This document shows, piece by piece, positions 8,699-20,000 of a stretch of 20,000 nt of DNA. The notes below the pieces were generated by a model, which had not been told where the DNA came from, ran no database searches, and saw only the letters and a program-made list of their open reading frames with translations. Origin of the DNA: Trichoplax sp. H2. Its lineage: Eukaryota. The stretch lies in contig NOWV01000145.1 in assembly GCA_003344405.1 (NCBI GenBank), forward strand, positions 172,294 to 192,293, in the 5' to 3' direction. Position numbers and translations under genes: made by a program. Numbering within the stretch: position 1 is the stretch's first letter; every line of letters begins with the position of its first letter.

Positions 8699-11600
8699 AG
8701 TACAAAGTATAACAACTTATTCATAAATTTAGCATATGTTATAAAAGAAAGCAGACAGGTCTTTTAATCGAGACAACTTATTATGAAGTAATTCGACACT
8801 GATCCTAACATTTGTTTCAACATATAGCAATTAATTCAATGGATACTATAAAAAGTGAATTTATTGATCACCTTGTACAGCGCTATCTTCTGTAGTATTA
8901 AAAAAATACGCACTGCTTTCTTGTTTGAGATCTCACATAAAGTATAACTATAAAACTACTTCGTTTATTATGAATGATGTGGAGTTATGCGAGTACTTTA
9001 ACCGAGACTATATATCATATGTATGCTAAATTATTAACGTTTACTGTTTTGTTATATTAGAATATGGGCTGATCTTAAACTAAAATTGCATATTTATTAG
9101 GTAATAAATTGCTGATGCTACTATTGTTATTGTATCAGAATAGCGAGTGATATTTAATCAGGATTGCAAATGATAAATTACTACATTACTCAGAGTACTA
9201 TTATTTGCATGTATGGCAAAAAAATATAAACAATTAATTAGAGATTTAAGAACAATATTGCTATGGAAAGTGTTATACAATTAGTTAGAAACACTATATA
9301 TGTAGCTATATGATAATTGTATGGTAGTACTTGTAATACTGTAGGTGATAACGTTGTAAAAGGCGGACTGATAATTTACTAATTATAGTGCGAAGTACAA
9401 ATTGTAATCGTATCGAGGTGCAGCCTCATATAGCTATAAATACCGATCATTAATAATAAATGCAGTTACAAATCTTATTCACGGAGTGAACGCATTGCTA
9501 AAACATAATAGAAAGAATAAATTATTATTAGCTATGATATTTATAAATGGCTATGTCGAACTTTGATACCTTAACATACGTTGAACGTATGTGAATCTAA
9601 TGCATTATATCTATAAGTAATTCTATATATATATAATACTTGGATATTTAGGGTCGCAAATTAGGATTACCTTTATGGCTTTAAAAAATAAAAACTCCTT
9701 CACTGTATTGAAAATAGGATTACTAAACTTATTGTATAAAAATCGTAATAACACAAACAAAAAAGACTACAACATATTCTATTGACAGATCATGAGACTT
9801 TGGCTAGACAAGATTGTCCTTTGCATTAGTCAACAATAGCCAATAGATGCAAGATAATACATATTGCAGCAGTTTAAATAAAGTTTACTGATTCCGCAAA
9901 CTTGATTCGACATCAATCAAAACTTATCAAATCTCTATAAGAAAAAATGATGTTGCGATAATTACTGACATTTACTATTCTAGATAGACCAAACTCCAAT
10001 TTCCTTTGGTCCATATTAGTTAAATCAAAATAAAAAGCATCATATTGCAACGATTATATAACGCTTCTAATCTACACAGACTAGATTTATTCTTTTCTTA
10101 GTTACGATTATCAAGTCTGGGCAGCAAATGTGACATTTCAACAATGGTGCAATATTTACTGACTTGCCAAGACTCCTACAACTTCTTATTTGTCAGTACT
10201 AATTGATCAGTGGGTACTATGAAATGGTATATCCTGAAAACCTTTTGTAATAATTGTAAGATCAAGTGCAAATTATTATCACATGATTCATAAATGTTAC
10301 CAGAATCCCTTCGTATGTTAAAGAAATCCATTGTATCTAGCAGCTGTCACGAAATATATAGTGTGAGCCACTGTATAGCTTGCTACTGATCATAATATTC
10401 CTATTTTAGATATAAGATTAGACTAAGGATGATTTTATTTATTAGCCAATGTTGAGATCGCACTCAATTGAACACACTCGTACTTGAAGTCCCACATCAA
10501 TTCAATTTAATAAATACCAGCCATGAGACTTGGAAATGTTTCCTTCTTGACCGATAATTTAGGCGTATCAATATTATTATTTAATTGATGTGTGGCATTC
10601 CTCAATCATGTGCTGGACATTCGGTAATCATGCAAATACGTAGATTCGCATTCATAATCCATATTTATCGTTGTAGTGTAGTAACATATTCCAGTTGGCC
10701 ATCTGTCGATAAATTGCTATTTAATAATATTGTTTACAACCAACGCTATAAAATGTTTGTTTTTTCTTGCCCAGATGTTTTTCCTGATCGATATGGATAA
10801 AATTACACAAACCGCTATCGATATAACAATAAGATAACAGCCGATGTCGTTGTTTATTTAAGGCTGTTTTAACCGAGTCAATAATATCTCGATTTACAGA
10901 ATGCAATATCTAAAATTATTTTTTATCCTATAAAATCTTGCCACTATCAAACAATATGGGTGATATTTAGTGTTTTTAGATGACCTTGATAATGATGAAT
11001 AATTAAAAAAAAATTTGGCGAGATGAAATTGAACGTCATCATCCAAACTAAATAATTTAGCACATTTTCGCTATTTGTTAGGTAAAGGACTAGTATAGCT
11101 TGTGATGACTATGGGATTAATTTTAATGAAAAATGCTTGATATAATTATTGTCAGTTACTTAGCATGCAGGTAAATGATATAAATTGTTAGTTAATGGAA
11201 AATGTAGAGTATAACTATTATAGATCAGAATTAAAAAGGAAAGATTAATTGTAATCGTGGCTATCGTATAGTTTGCAACCCAAAATTGACACGATTATTA
11301 TTGACTAGTGTAGTCTTAAAATGAATGTTCATAAAATCGGGATGAATGAAGAGTTATCTTCATGATAAAAATCATGAAATTAGCTGAAACAGTGTATAGA
11401 ATAATTATCATAAATCAACTTTAGCGGCATAGTCAAGAACAATCGTTTATCACATAGCGTATTGGCAAATCGACGAATTATCTTATATTAGCGACTATAA
11501 GGATATCCTAAATGCTGCAAACTGACTCTAAGTTAGGAAAAATTAACCATAATTGCTATTTGCTACCTAGCTAATAAATAATCATATAAATAAAATTAGT

Positions 11601-14600
11601 TTAAAAAAGAAAAAAACCTAGCAAATTTTTTGGTGTCCAAATCATTCATTACATAACTATGGGTTGATTGACATGAAATGTTTTGATCGAGGTGATCATG
11701 TTTCATGATTATCGATCAACTAACTCAAGGCTGGATAAAATTCAGCATGATTATAATTTGTAGCTTATCGATAAATTGGTATTAAAAATTATGAGACGAA
11801 AAATGAGCCATCAATAATTTACATAACCGACTTGAGACAGAAACATTTAATATGATTCTCCTTTTTTGCATAGCTTCTATGTAAATTGACATAAAATTAT
11901 TAACTAATCGCGGATATAAACGAGATAAATATGGTAGGAGATAAATAGTAGTAAGCAAATATCATTGATGAATTCAACATAAACACTACTAAAGTACCAA
12001 AAATAACGTAACAAGATTTCATATTAGTTAATCTAGCTACTCTAAGCGATTACTTGTATATGTTAATAAGCCCCGCCCCAGGCTAATGTCAACATGATCA
12101 TATTTCTTATAATCTAATTATTAGCAGCGAAGTTGATGGTACGCTAGTTTGTAGTTGTCGTTGTGGTTTATTCTAATTATGCAGAATTTTGAAAATGAAT
12201 CAATATCTATTAATTGGATATCAATTTATTGGTATATTTGTCTATTTTGTTGAAAGAATTTGATTAAGGTTGTTTGGATCTTAAAATCTCTTACTCCAGA
12301 TAATAGATGGATAGGATTATCTCTAAGGTGTCATAAATAATAATCATAAATCATCCTCTACTCTAATATTTATTAACATGATATAGATTTATACCAATCC
12401 ACAATTTGGTTAAAGAACAGATTAATACCGTATATAATTCAAGATTGAACTCATTTCACTGTAGATTTGGTAATAGTGCCGTTGTTGCCACATTATCGTC
12501 CTGAAGTAATTAGTAACATTGCCTAATCTAAACATTGCTATGTGGATCTATTTGAGTATATAACCCAATTAAAAGATTTTGGTATACAATAGAAATATTT
12601 ATTAGAAGAATTGAAAAAATTTGCTTATAACTTAAGACTTCAATTCTACCCTAGAGAGAAGCCAATATTGCTGTCAATCCTAATTCTATCATCCTATGTC
12701 TATTATTATCTAAATAGCCATGTCCTATTTCCAAATTGCGATGTGTAATAAATGGTGGGAATATACTTTGACTTTAATTATTTCATCTAAGCTATTTCAG
12801 CCTCTATTAGTTTGTCTATAATCGCGGTCGCTGACTATTTTTGGCTAATTATACAGGATAGTGGTTATAGTTGTAAAGTAAGTATTAGTTAATGTTACTG
12901 TCCACTGATGAGCAATCGATCTCGTTTTTAGAAATGAGCGAAATGTGCTACAACATATCATATATTTATAATGCTTAAGGTAAAGAATATTACTCTAATT
13001 GTATTTAAGTGGTAAAACCTAGCCTAAAAATAGAGGCGTCCTTGATAAATTTGGCAGGATAGTAATTTTTAAATACAATCATCCAATGTTGATCATTTCC
13101 ATTGTAGCGGTGCAATGATGAACGATTTCTGTATTAAACAGAGCTAGCGAGAGCGGCTTTGTCTTTGAATTCTATGCTAATGCACATATATTATAGAAGA
13201 GGTCTGTAATATAGCTACATCAGAGTAGTAAGATTCATTCAATTGTTAATTTTTATTAAAAAACCTACCGCATTGTATTTTTTAAGATAGCCCTATAATT
13301 ATGTCATCACTCATCTTAACTTATGCGGAAGCAGCACCATATTTAATTTATAGGTGAGATTGAACTTTATCCTATTGCATAATTAAATGCAATATGAAGT
13401 ATTATCAAAAGCGGTAGAACTGTACAAGATAGAGCCACTTTATCTTATTAATTACGTGGATCAGCGGGTAATCATGGGAATTAGGTTATCCTTTATTAAC
13501 GTTATTTGCTTTCTTGAACTCATTAGTGAGCCACACCTTCTCAACGTAGTAGAGAGTAACGCCATCCGTTTGATGGAAGTTTAAATTCCTTCGAATTAAC
13601 CATTAGCTTAACTTTTGACTATAATATAAATCAAAATAATAATTACGGATGGAATTAATTTGTATATTTTAATTCAAACGGAGATAATTGCGCAAGCCAT
13701 TATCTCAGTATGTTATCTTAATTGATGTTGGTAATTCGGATAGATTATCGAATTGAATTTATTCTTTAATGGTTCAAAATTATAATTATGGAATAGAACG
13801 TAAGTAATAACAATCGAAGATAGTCTTAATATTACAATGGCTAAAATAACGTCTCATCTTGCATCTTTATAAATTAATAGTTTAGAATTTTTTATGTAAG
13901 GAAGGCTGCACTAGACTCGACAAGTAGATTTGTTTAAACATGCTATGCCATATATTGGAATAGACTAATATAATAGAAGAAGATATAGAAGATGAAAATA
14001 ATATTAAAGGTCTTTGATAGAAACATAATTGAAAATTGAATTGAATCAATCTCTTTCTCTATAAATGATTGATACATATCTAGAGATTAATTCGTGATAG
14101 TAATTGATTAATATATAACATAGAAATATTTTCCTCCTTCAATTATCTTTTCAAATACATGAAGGTGTTTATTCTGTTTACTCCTGATTTAATATTCTAG
14201 CCTGGGGTAAAAGTCATTTTGATTTCGTAGACAGTCTTGAATGAGAGTCCATGATAGATGAATAATAGTTTATATTATTTTAAAAGCTTAAAGTTTAACC
14301 ATTCTATTCATATTTTACATTGTTGACTTATTCTACTAGTCCGTGATTAACAATTGATCGCGAGGCTTTTATCTTTACAACTCTTGACCATTACTAATGT
14401 AAAGAAGGTTGTAGTTGTCGAATGTAATCCAATCATAAACAACTTATTAAAGAACGGCAGTTAAAAGGGAGTGTGGGAAACTTTTAGATTGACCAATGTT
14501 ACCAGAAGCGATGGTTAATTAAATTATTTTATTTGCTGATATTTCATCACGATAGATTAGTCTTTGCATTAATGATTTCGATTGGTACAATACTATACTA

Positions 14601-15154
14601 CAATTAAATTGCATCCCATAGTATTCTTATATAAAATATGAGATTCTTTATATGCAGTTGTTAGTAAGTTCTCAAAAATAACTTTATTGTTGATTAACTA
14701 TCCACTATTTAATAGCCTAGACATAATCATAATAGTATTGATGTTATTTGGCCTAGAATACATGTACAAGTTTAGTTTTCTTGTATTGTATTCGTAAATA
14801 TAATATAAAAGCACACTCCACAATTTAGATGACAATATTGAAATGATTATGATAGAATAACCATTTAGATATAATTTTCTGATCTACAAAATCTGTGACA
14901 TGATACCAGGATGGATGTTAATTTGATCAAGCACACTTCTAAATTGACTTTTTCAATCTTCAAGGGAATAGTAAATTGATTACAGCATTAAAATTGCCCA
15001 TAAACAGTAGAACTAATTTCTTGTTCACCAAAATCACCGTGCAGAAGAATACATTAGCATGTCGCGCGATTTCGACGACAATATTAAATTGGTCAATGTA
15101 TTACAGCCACGTGAAAAATTTTCGAATTCATCGATATCTTGTAACAAATTGAAT

Positions 15155-15521
15155 ATGATTAATTTAAGGGCCAGACTAGAATAGGAGATATTCCTTCTCA
15201 TATTAATACAATACAATAATAGTTTAGTTATGATATAGATAGCTAGTGACTTAACGTGAATAGAATAGAATTTAATGCAAGGCTAGAGTAGTGGAGACTT
15301 TTACTTCTTCTATCGTGCAAACATGATCATAATGGTCTAGTCATCTAATAGATATGCAACTTTACACCAATCGAATAAAATTTAATGCAAGGCTAGACCA
15401 GCGTAAGGACTTTTGTTTCTAGTATCAAGTAAACATGATCATAATAGTTTAGCCATCAAATACGTATGCTAGAAACTTAACACGAATCGAATAGAATTCC
15501 ATGTAAGGTTAGACTACTGTA
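15155..15521. repeat. Degenerate tandem repeat, ~3 copies of a ~110-116 bp unit
   Basis: GAATARAATTTAATGCAAGGCTAGA-like at 15263, 15373 and 15489. AAACATGATCATAAT occurs twice. A more eroded copy lies upstream (ATAATAGTTTAG at ~15216). Confidence 0.85.
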
Positions 15522-15805
15522 ATGAGCAACTGAGTCAAGAATTTAATCAACTATGCGATTACTAAATCATTCATTTACGTCATCGTAATACCTTGAAAAG
15601 TAAATGAATTGGCGCTCTTTGAATGTTATTCATGTACTCTTTTAGCGGTATATGAATCTGCCGATAGTAGTATTTTATTATCAAGAAATTACTCAGTTCG
15701 TCATCTCTTAATCTTTCACAAGCTAGATATAGAATACGAAGAGTAAGGAAATGGATCTATGTTGCATATGTTAATTATTTATCACCTACGCATCTATATT
15801 AATAC

Positions 15806-16070
15806 AATCCGAAATTAATGGAATGTCTATTGATTAAAGCGTGGTAGTTTATTCTAGCGTTACGCTCTAAAAGTGTTGATGAATTTCCACACCTGTAAAT
15901 CATTTATATCTTACGTAATAATAACAGGAAAAGATTTAATCAGAAAGTAATGGAATTTCTATTATTAAAGGCTAACTATTGAATCTCAAGGGGTACTAGG
16001 GGTATAAAATTGTTGGCGAATATCTACGTCAGTAAATCATTTATATTTTACGTAATGATAGTTAGAAAAA
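15806..16070. repeat. Two-copy direct repeat, period 132 bp
   Basis: AATCNGAAANTAATGGAATKTCTATT at 15806 and 15938. GTAAATCATTTATATYTTACGTAAT is present in both copies. Confidence 0.88.
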
Positions 16071-16620
16071 TACATAGCTAATATATCATTTATCAATGAC
16101 GTAGTCCAAGGTAGAAATGTCAATAAAATCCAAATCCAATGTCTGCCCTATTCTAATATTATTTCCTTTACATGTTACATATTTTGTTATCATGCAACAA
16201 TGAATAATTGACGTCGAATGGGCAGCATCGGCCATCCAATTTAAAAATAGCAAAGTGGTAATACTATGCAATAGAAGAATAACAATTTTATTTTTGTGTA
16301 GACTAGTCTAGAGTAAATTGTAAACTCGTCAACATTGATCAATAATTGAATTTCTGTATCTCATCAAGAGGACAATAAAATTGATCTACTTGTTAGTAGC
16401 CTAGAGGATATTTTTCATTTAAAAATGAGCCTTGTTGAAATTAGTAGTGGATTACAGGAATAACAGTTGTAAAGAGATCTTAGAAGGATAAATATATTTT
16501 CTTTTTGACTCTTGTAATTATCTCATTTTATTGATGTTGTTATTAAAACATATCAAGTTCGACACTAGTAAGTAATATGATTTTTATTAATAAAAAATTA
16601 TCTTAAATTAATCTGTATCG

Positions 16621-16664
16621 TAGTATTTACCTATCGGAAAGATCTTCCGATAGGTAGTTTACTA
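16621..16664. repeat. Near-perfect palindrome/hairpin
   Basis: TACCTATCGGAA (16628-16639) and TTCCGATAGGTA (16645-16656) surround AGATC. Outer arms are TAGTA/TACTA. Confidence 0.9.
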
Positions 16665-19600
16665 TTTCAAAATAGGTGTATAAGTCTATCTTTACAATTG
16701 GCCCATTTGGTACACGTATAAATATAAATGTTGAAAGGGTATCCATTGCTTGGAGCTCTATTCATATAGAATTACGATTCATCCTGATTTATGTAGCGGA
16801 AATAGAAAGCAGGATATCCAAAAATTCACTAATAATTTACTATGACATTGTTTATCAGCTTACTATTCAAATCCTATTACACTATTATCGATCATGAATA
16901 TGTTATCGTGTCTTTGAATCGATCATGGCAGAGCTATTAGAGATTGAGGAAGGTGGAGGGAAAAAAATATTGTCTACTCGTCAAGTGAAGATGATTATTG
17001 TTAGAAATTACTTTCTACTATACCATAAGAATAGATTATGCCCTGACGTTTTGTATGTCTATATAGTCTAGGCTTCTTCTAAACTACCTTAATCAATACG
17101 ATGTAGAAGTTTGGATAATTTAATTACTTGAATGATGTATTTGTGATGTATTTATTCTCGGTTATTTCGATGTCATGCTGTGTTATTGATGCTCTCTAAA
17201 GTAAGCTTAGCAGATTGCCTTGGTATCCTTAGCTATGAATCGTGATTAAGATTGAATAAAATACAAGATCGATAGAAAATAAAATGCTTTACTATAACTC
17301 TCCAGTCCTTCCCCTCGAGTCAATTAACTTTCATTCATGTATCCAGTAGGAGGAGATAGCGATGTTCAATGATGAAATTATAATAGGATTGGCATGCGAT
17401 GATTGGCTTGATTGACCAAGAGGAGGTAATCAACATTTTAACGGCTATGGTGACTATTTCAGCATGGATTCTAATTGATTTGTAGCCTACTATTGACCAT
17501 TTTCAATATTATCTTAATCTATTGCATCGACATCCAATGATGATGATTAGGCTTTCTTGAATAGAAGGGAGAAAAAATGAGGAAGAAAATATTGTAGCAT
17601 AAGTAAAAGGATGATTAGACGTCATTGAATGGAATATTTTTTATTAATTTAATTTTATTTTCAACTGAACAATATCTATTCACGTCATTAAAATGATCCA
17701 AGATCGCTATGATGTAATTTCCTCATGATCATATTTAATAGGGAGGAGGAAGAAAAAGATGACGATAGGCTATTATTATTGCCAAGGATTATACTTGAAC
17801 TATGAGCATTCCATTATAGTTGTTCTTAGATTGATATTTTTTCTTCCCTTCAATATACATCATACGATAACTCAACTAGAGGAGATGAATTAGTTGAACA
17901 AATCAAGTTAAATAATTGATGTTGTAATTGCCTAGATTATTGTCTATCAAATGGAACGATTGTTGATCTTTCTTTTGATGTTGAGGATTTACTTTAATTT
18001 CCATTCTCAACTTATTTAATTCTGATCGACGTCCTCTTGGCATCATCTACTCTCTATTGGCTATTTTTCCTTCCTTCTATCCCCTCTTGTATCCATTGTA
18101 CAACGCCATTAATGCCTATTGAATAGGCTTGCCATTGCTTCATTTCCTTCCTCTCTTCCATAACAAATAAGAGAAGCTAATTGTCTATAATATTTAATTT
18201 GCAATCTATTCAACTGTTGCTATAGAATTATCCCTGTATGCATTCTATTATGTTTTATTTGTTGCTAACCTTGTCCATTAAAACAATCACATCGATAGGT
18301 TTATATCATTCCATGAATATCCAACTTGCATCATAATAGTTATTATTCAATTAAGAAGACAAAAACATTACGGTATGCCCTAAGAAGAATCTCCTTTTTA
18401 AATTCAAACATAGTAGCCAAAGGAATCGTTGCTATTGGTTGAAAAGCATGTTATTTGTGTTGTTGATCGTTGAATAGATGTCTCTAGATCATTTTTTTTT
18501 TACTATTAATGCTTTTCCACGACTATATTTCTACTCTATAGTATACTAGTATTAATAATTAGTTGCAAATTAAGGCCAATTTTATATATACAAAATATCA
18601 AGGCAGCACTTCTATTGTAGCATTACTACATCAATCGATGATTGCTTATTCTTTGACAACTGGGGTCTCACGCATTATTTTTCTCTCTTGATATATTTTG
18701 CAAGTGTTACCTATCCAATTGAAGGAAATTTAGAACTCTTGGTTGGTTGGATACTTACTATTGACTATTGGATAACATTCTATAAAGATTAATCGCTATT
18801 ATCGCCGATTAAATAGACAGAAAGAGAGAGTGAGAGTGAGAAAGAATCAATTGTAATATACTTGACTAACTGGCCATCGTGGTTCAATATATATTCAGCA
18901 ATAGTATTACCAGCGTAGTCTCTCCAGTAGAATTGGATAGTTTAGTTTTATATTTTACTCCATCTCTTTCTGCCATCATTCTATACACGATCGATCTTTA
19001 CAATTTTTACTATCCCAATTACAAGAAATCCTTTCTTAATAGTAATACCATTTAGCGTTCATCGTCTGATTGGAATTGAATCAAGAAGACAAAAACTCTT
19101 TGAAAGAAACACTATCGAAAATTATTCAGTAAGGAAATAGATTAATGTGCTGCAATTTTTTTTATATACTTTTTGAAACGCCTCGAGTTAGCAATTAATT
19201 TAACCACGTAGTTTATTAATTACCAATAGGATCAACATTGAACAGACTGGCAAGACCTGTTTCTTCAATCACCAATTGGATCTAAAGTTAAAGTTTGTTC
19301 AATATTGTGGCAGTCAAGACAGATATAGCCATCTGTTGGTATGTCTTGATCACCTTGTTATAATTGTTTCATCAGCTGGTAGCTTGTCTTTGTGTATTTT
19401 AGTCAGCAATGTTCAAAGTTTAGATTTGATAGGCAATTAGTTGATTTTTGATTTGTCAATTCTACACATCTTCGCCGCCATTTTTATCACATCTCTCTAA
19501 TTATTCCACCTCCTCACCCTCTCCTAGCCTAATTTGTTTTACTTCCTTTATTTATCATGACGGTAATTGATTTTCTTCCCCCACATAGCCAATCGATATT

Positions 19601-20000
19601 GAAATAGCTTGGCTATGCCGTACTTTGCCTTGTTTTATTTGTATAATGTTCTGGATATAAACTACCAAAGTAAAATTTTAGTCATCAGTTAGGGAGATAT
19701 ATATATAGACTGCTGAGCATTGTTCATCGTCACGTTGGCTGTTCTCGGCTCTTCCATAAGTTATACTTACTATCACCTATTTTTTCCCCTTTCGTTGATT
19801 CCATCTTTTTCCTTCATTTCTGCCTTCAGTAAAATTTTTATTTCAACTATCATTCTACAAGAAAGAAGTTGACTAGAAAAATTCTCGAAGATCCCTGAAA
19901 TTGATTTGTCGATGTAATCTCTCCTAGCTGTTATTAAGAGTTAATTCTTACTTTATTTTCATTACGTTGATCATTTCTTTTCACGGAATAGATCAAACAA

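Noticed and set aside
8038..9592. 9-bp-arm hairpins at 8038-8060 and 9574-9592
   Set aside because: Short AT-rich stems that are plausible by chance. Bacterial terminator logic does not apply here.
10585..10906. Overlapping 71-aa and 61-aa ORFs and an acceptor-like TTTTTTCTTGCCCAG at ~10774
   Set aside because: All frames after the acceptor close within about 20 codons, and the peptides show no motif.
12070..12079. Sp1-type GC box (CCCCGCCCC)
   Set aside because: Single motif with no associated gene start.
15038..15137. Possible 100-nt minus-strand exon (DIDEFENFSRGCNTLTNLILSSKSRDMLMYSSAR)
   Set aside because: Weak AAG acceptor and GTGATT donor, no partner exons and no recognisable homology. 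RNA-seq would be needed.
16632..16652. Resemblance to the Illumina adapter (ATCGGAA/CTTCCGAT)
   Set aside because: The match is only 7-8 nt and does not extend to AGATCGGAAGAGC.
13387..16897. Short ORFs 13387-13584, 16086-16271 and 16676-16897
   Set aside because: Lengths and compositions are consistent with chance in AT-rich DNA.

Overview
AT-rich eukaryotic (metazoan-looking) genomic DNA. The composition and protein style would fit a basal animal such as the placozoan Trichoplax, but that is inference only. The one well-supported gene is an uninterrupted 441-aa M14B metallocarboxypeptidase at 4976-6301 (+). It is carboxypeptidase M-like, with a signal peptide, intact Zn/catalytic residues, a transthyretin-like domain and a probable GPI-anchor signal. 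The first ~4.8 kb holds three unrelated tandem arrays of exactly three 150-197 bp units, a four-copy degenerate ABAB repeat and a cluster of TACAGTACTGTA palindromes. A second gene may start at 72 (-) and run off the left edge. The ~13.7 kb downstream of the gene has no convincing coding sequence, only old short duplications, a few hairpins and one imperfect hammerhead-ribozyme-like motif (~12856-12977). I found no CRISPR array, transposase, rRNA or tRNA, and no strong evidence for a new multi-gene system. The findings are modest leads.
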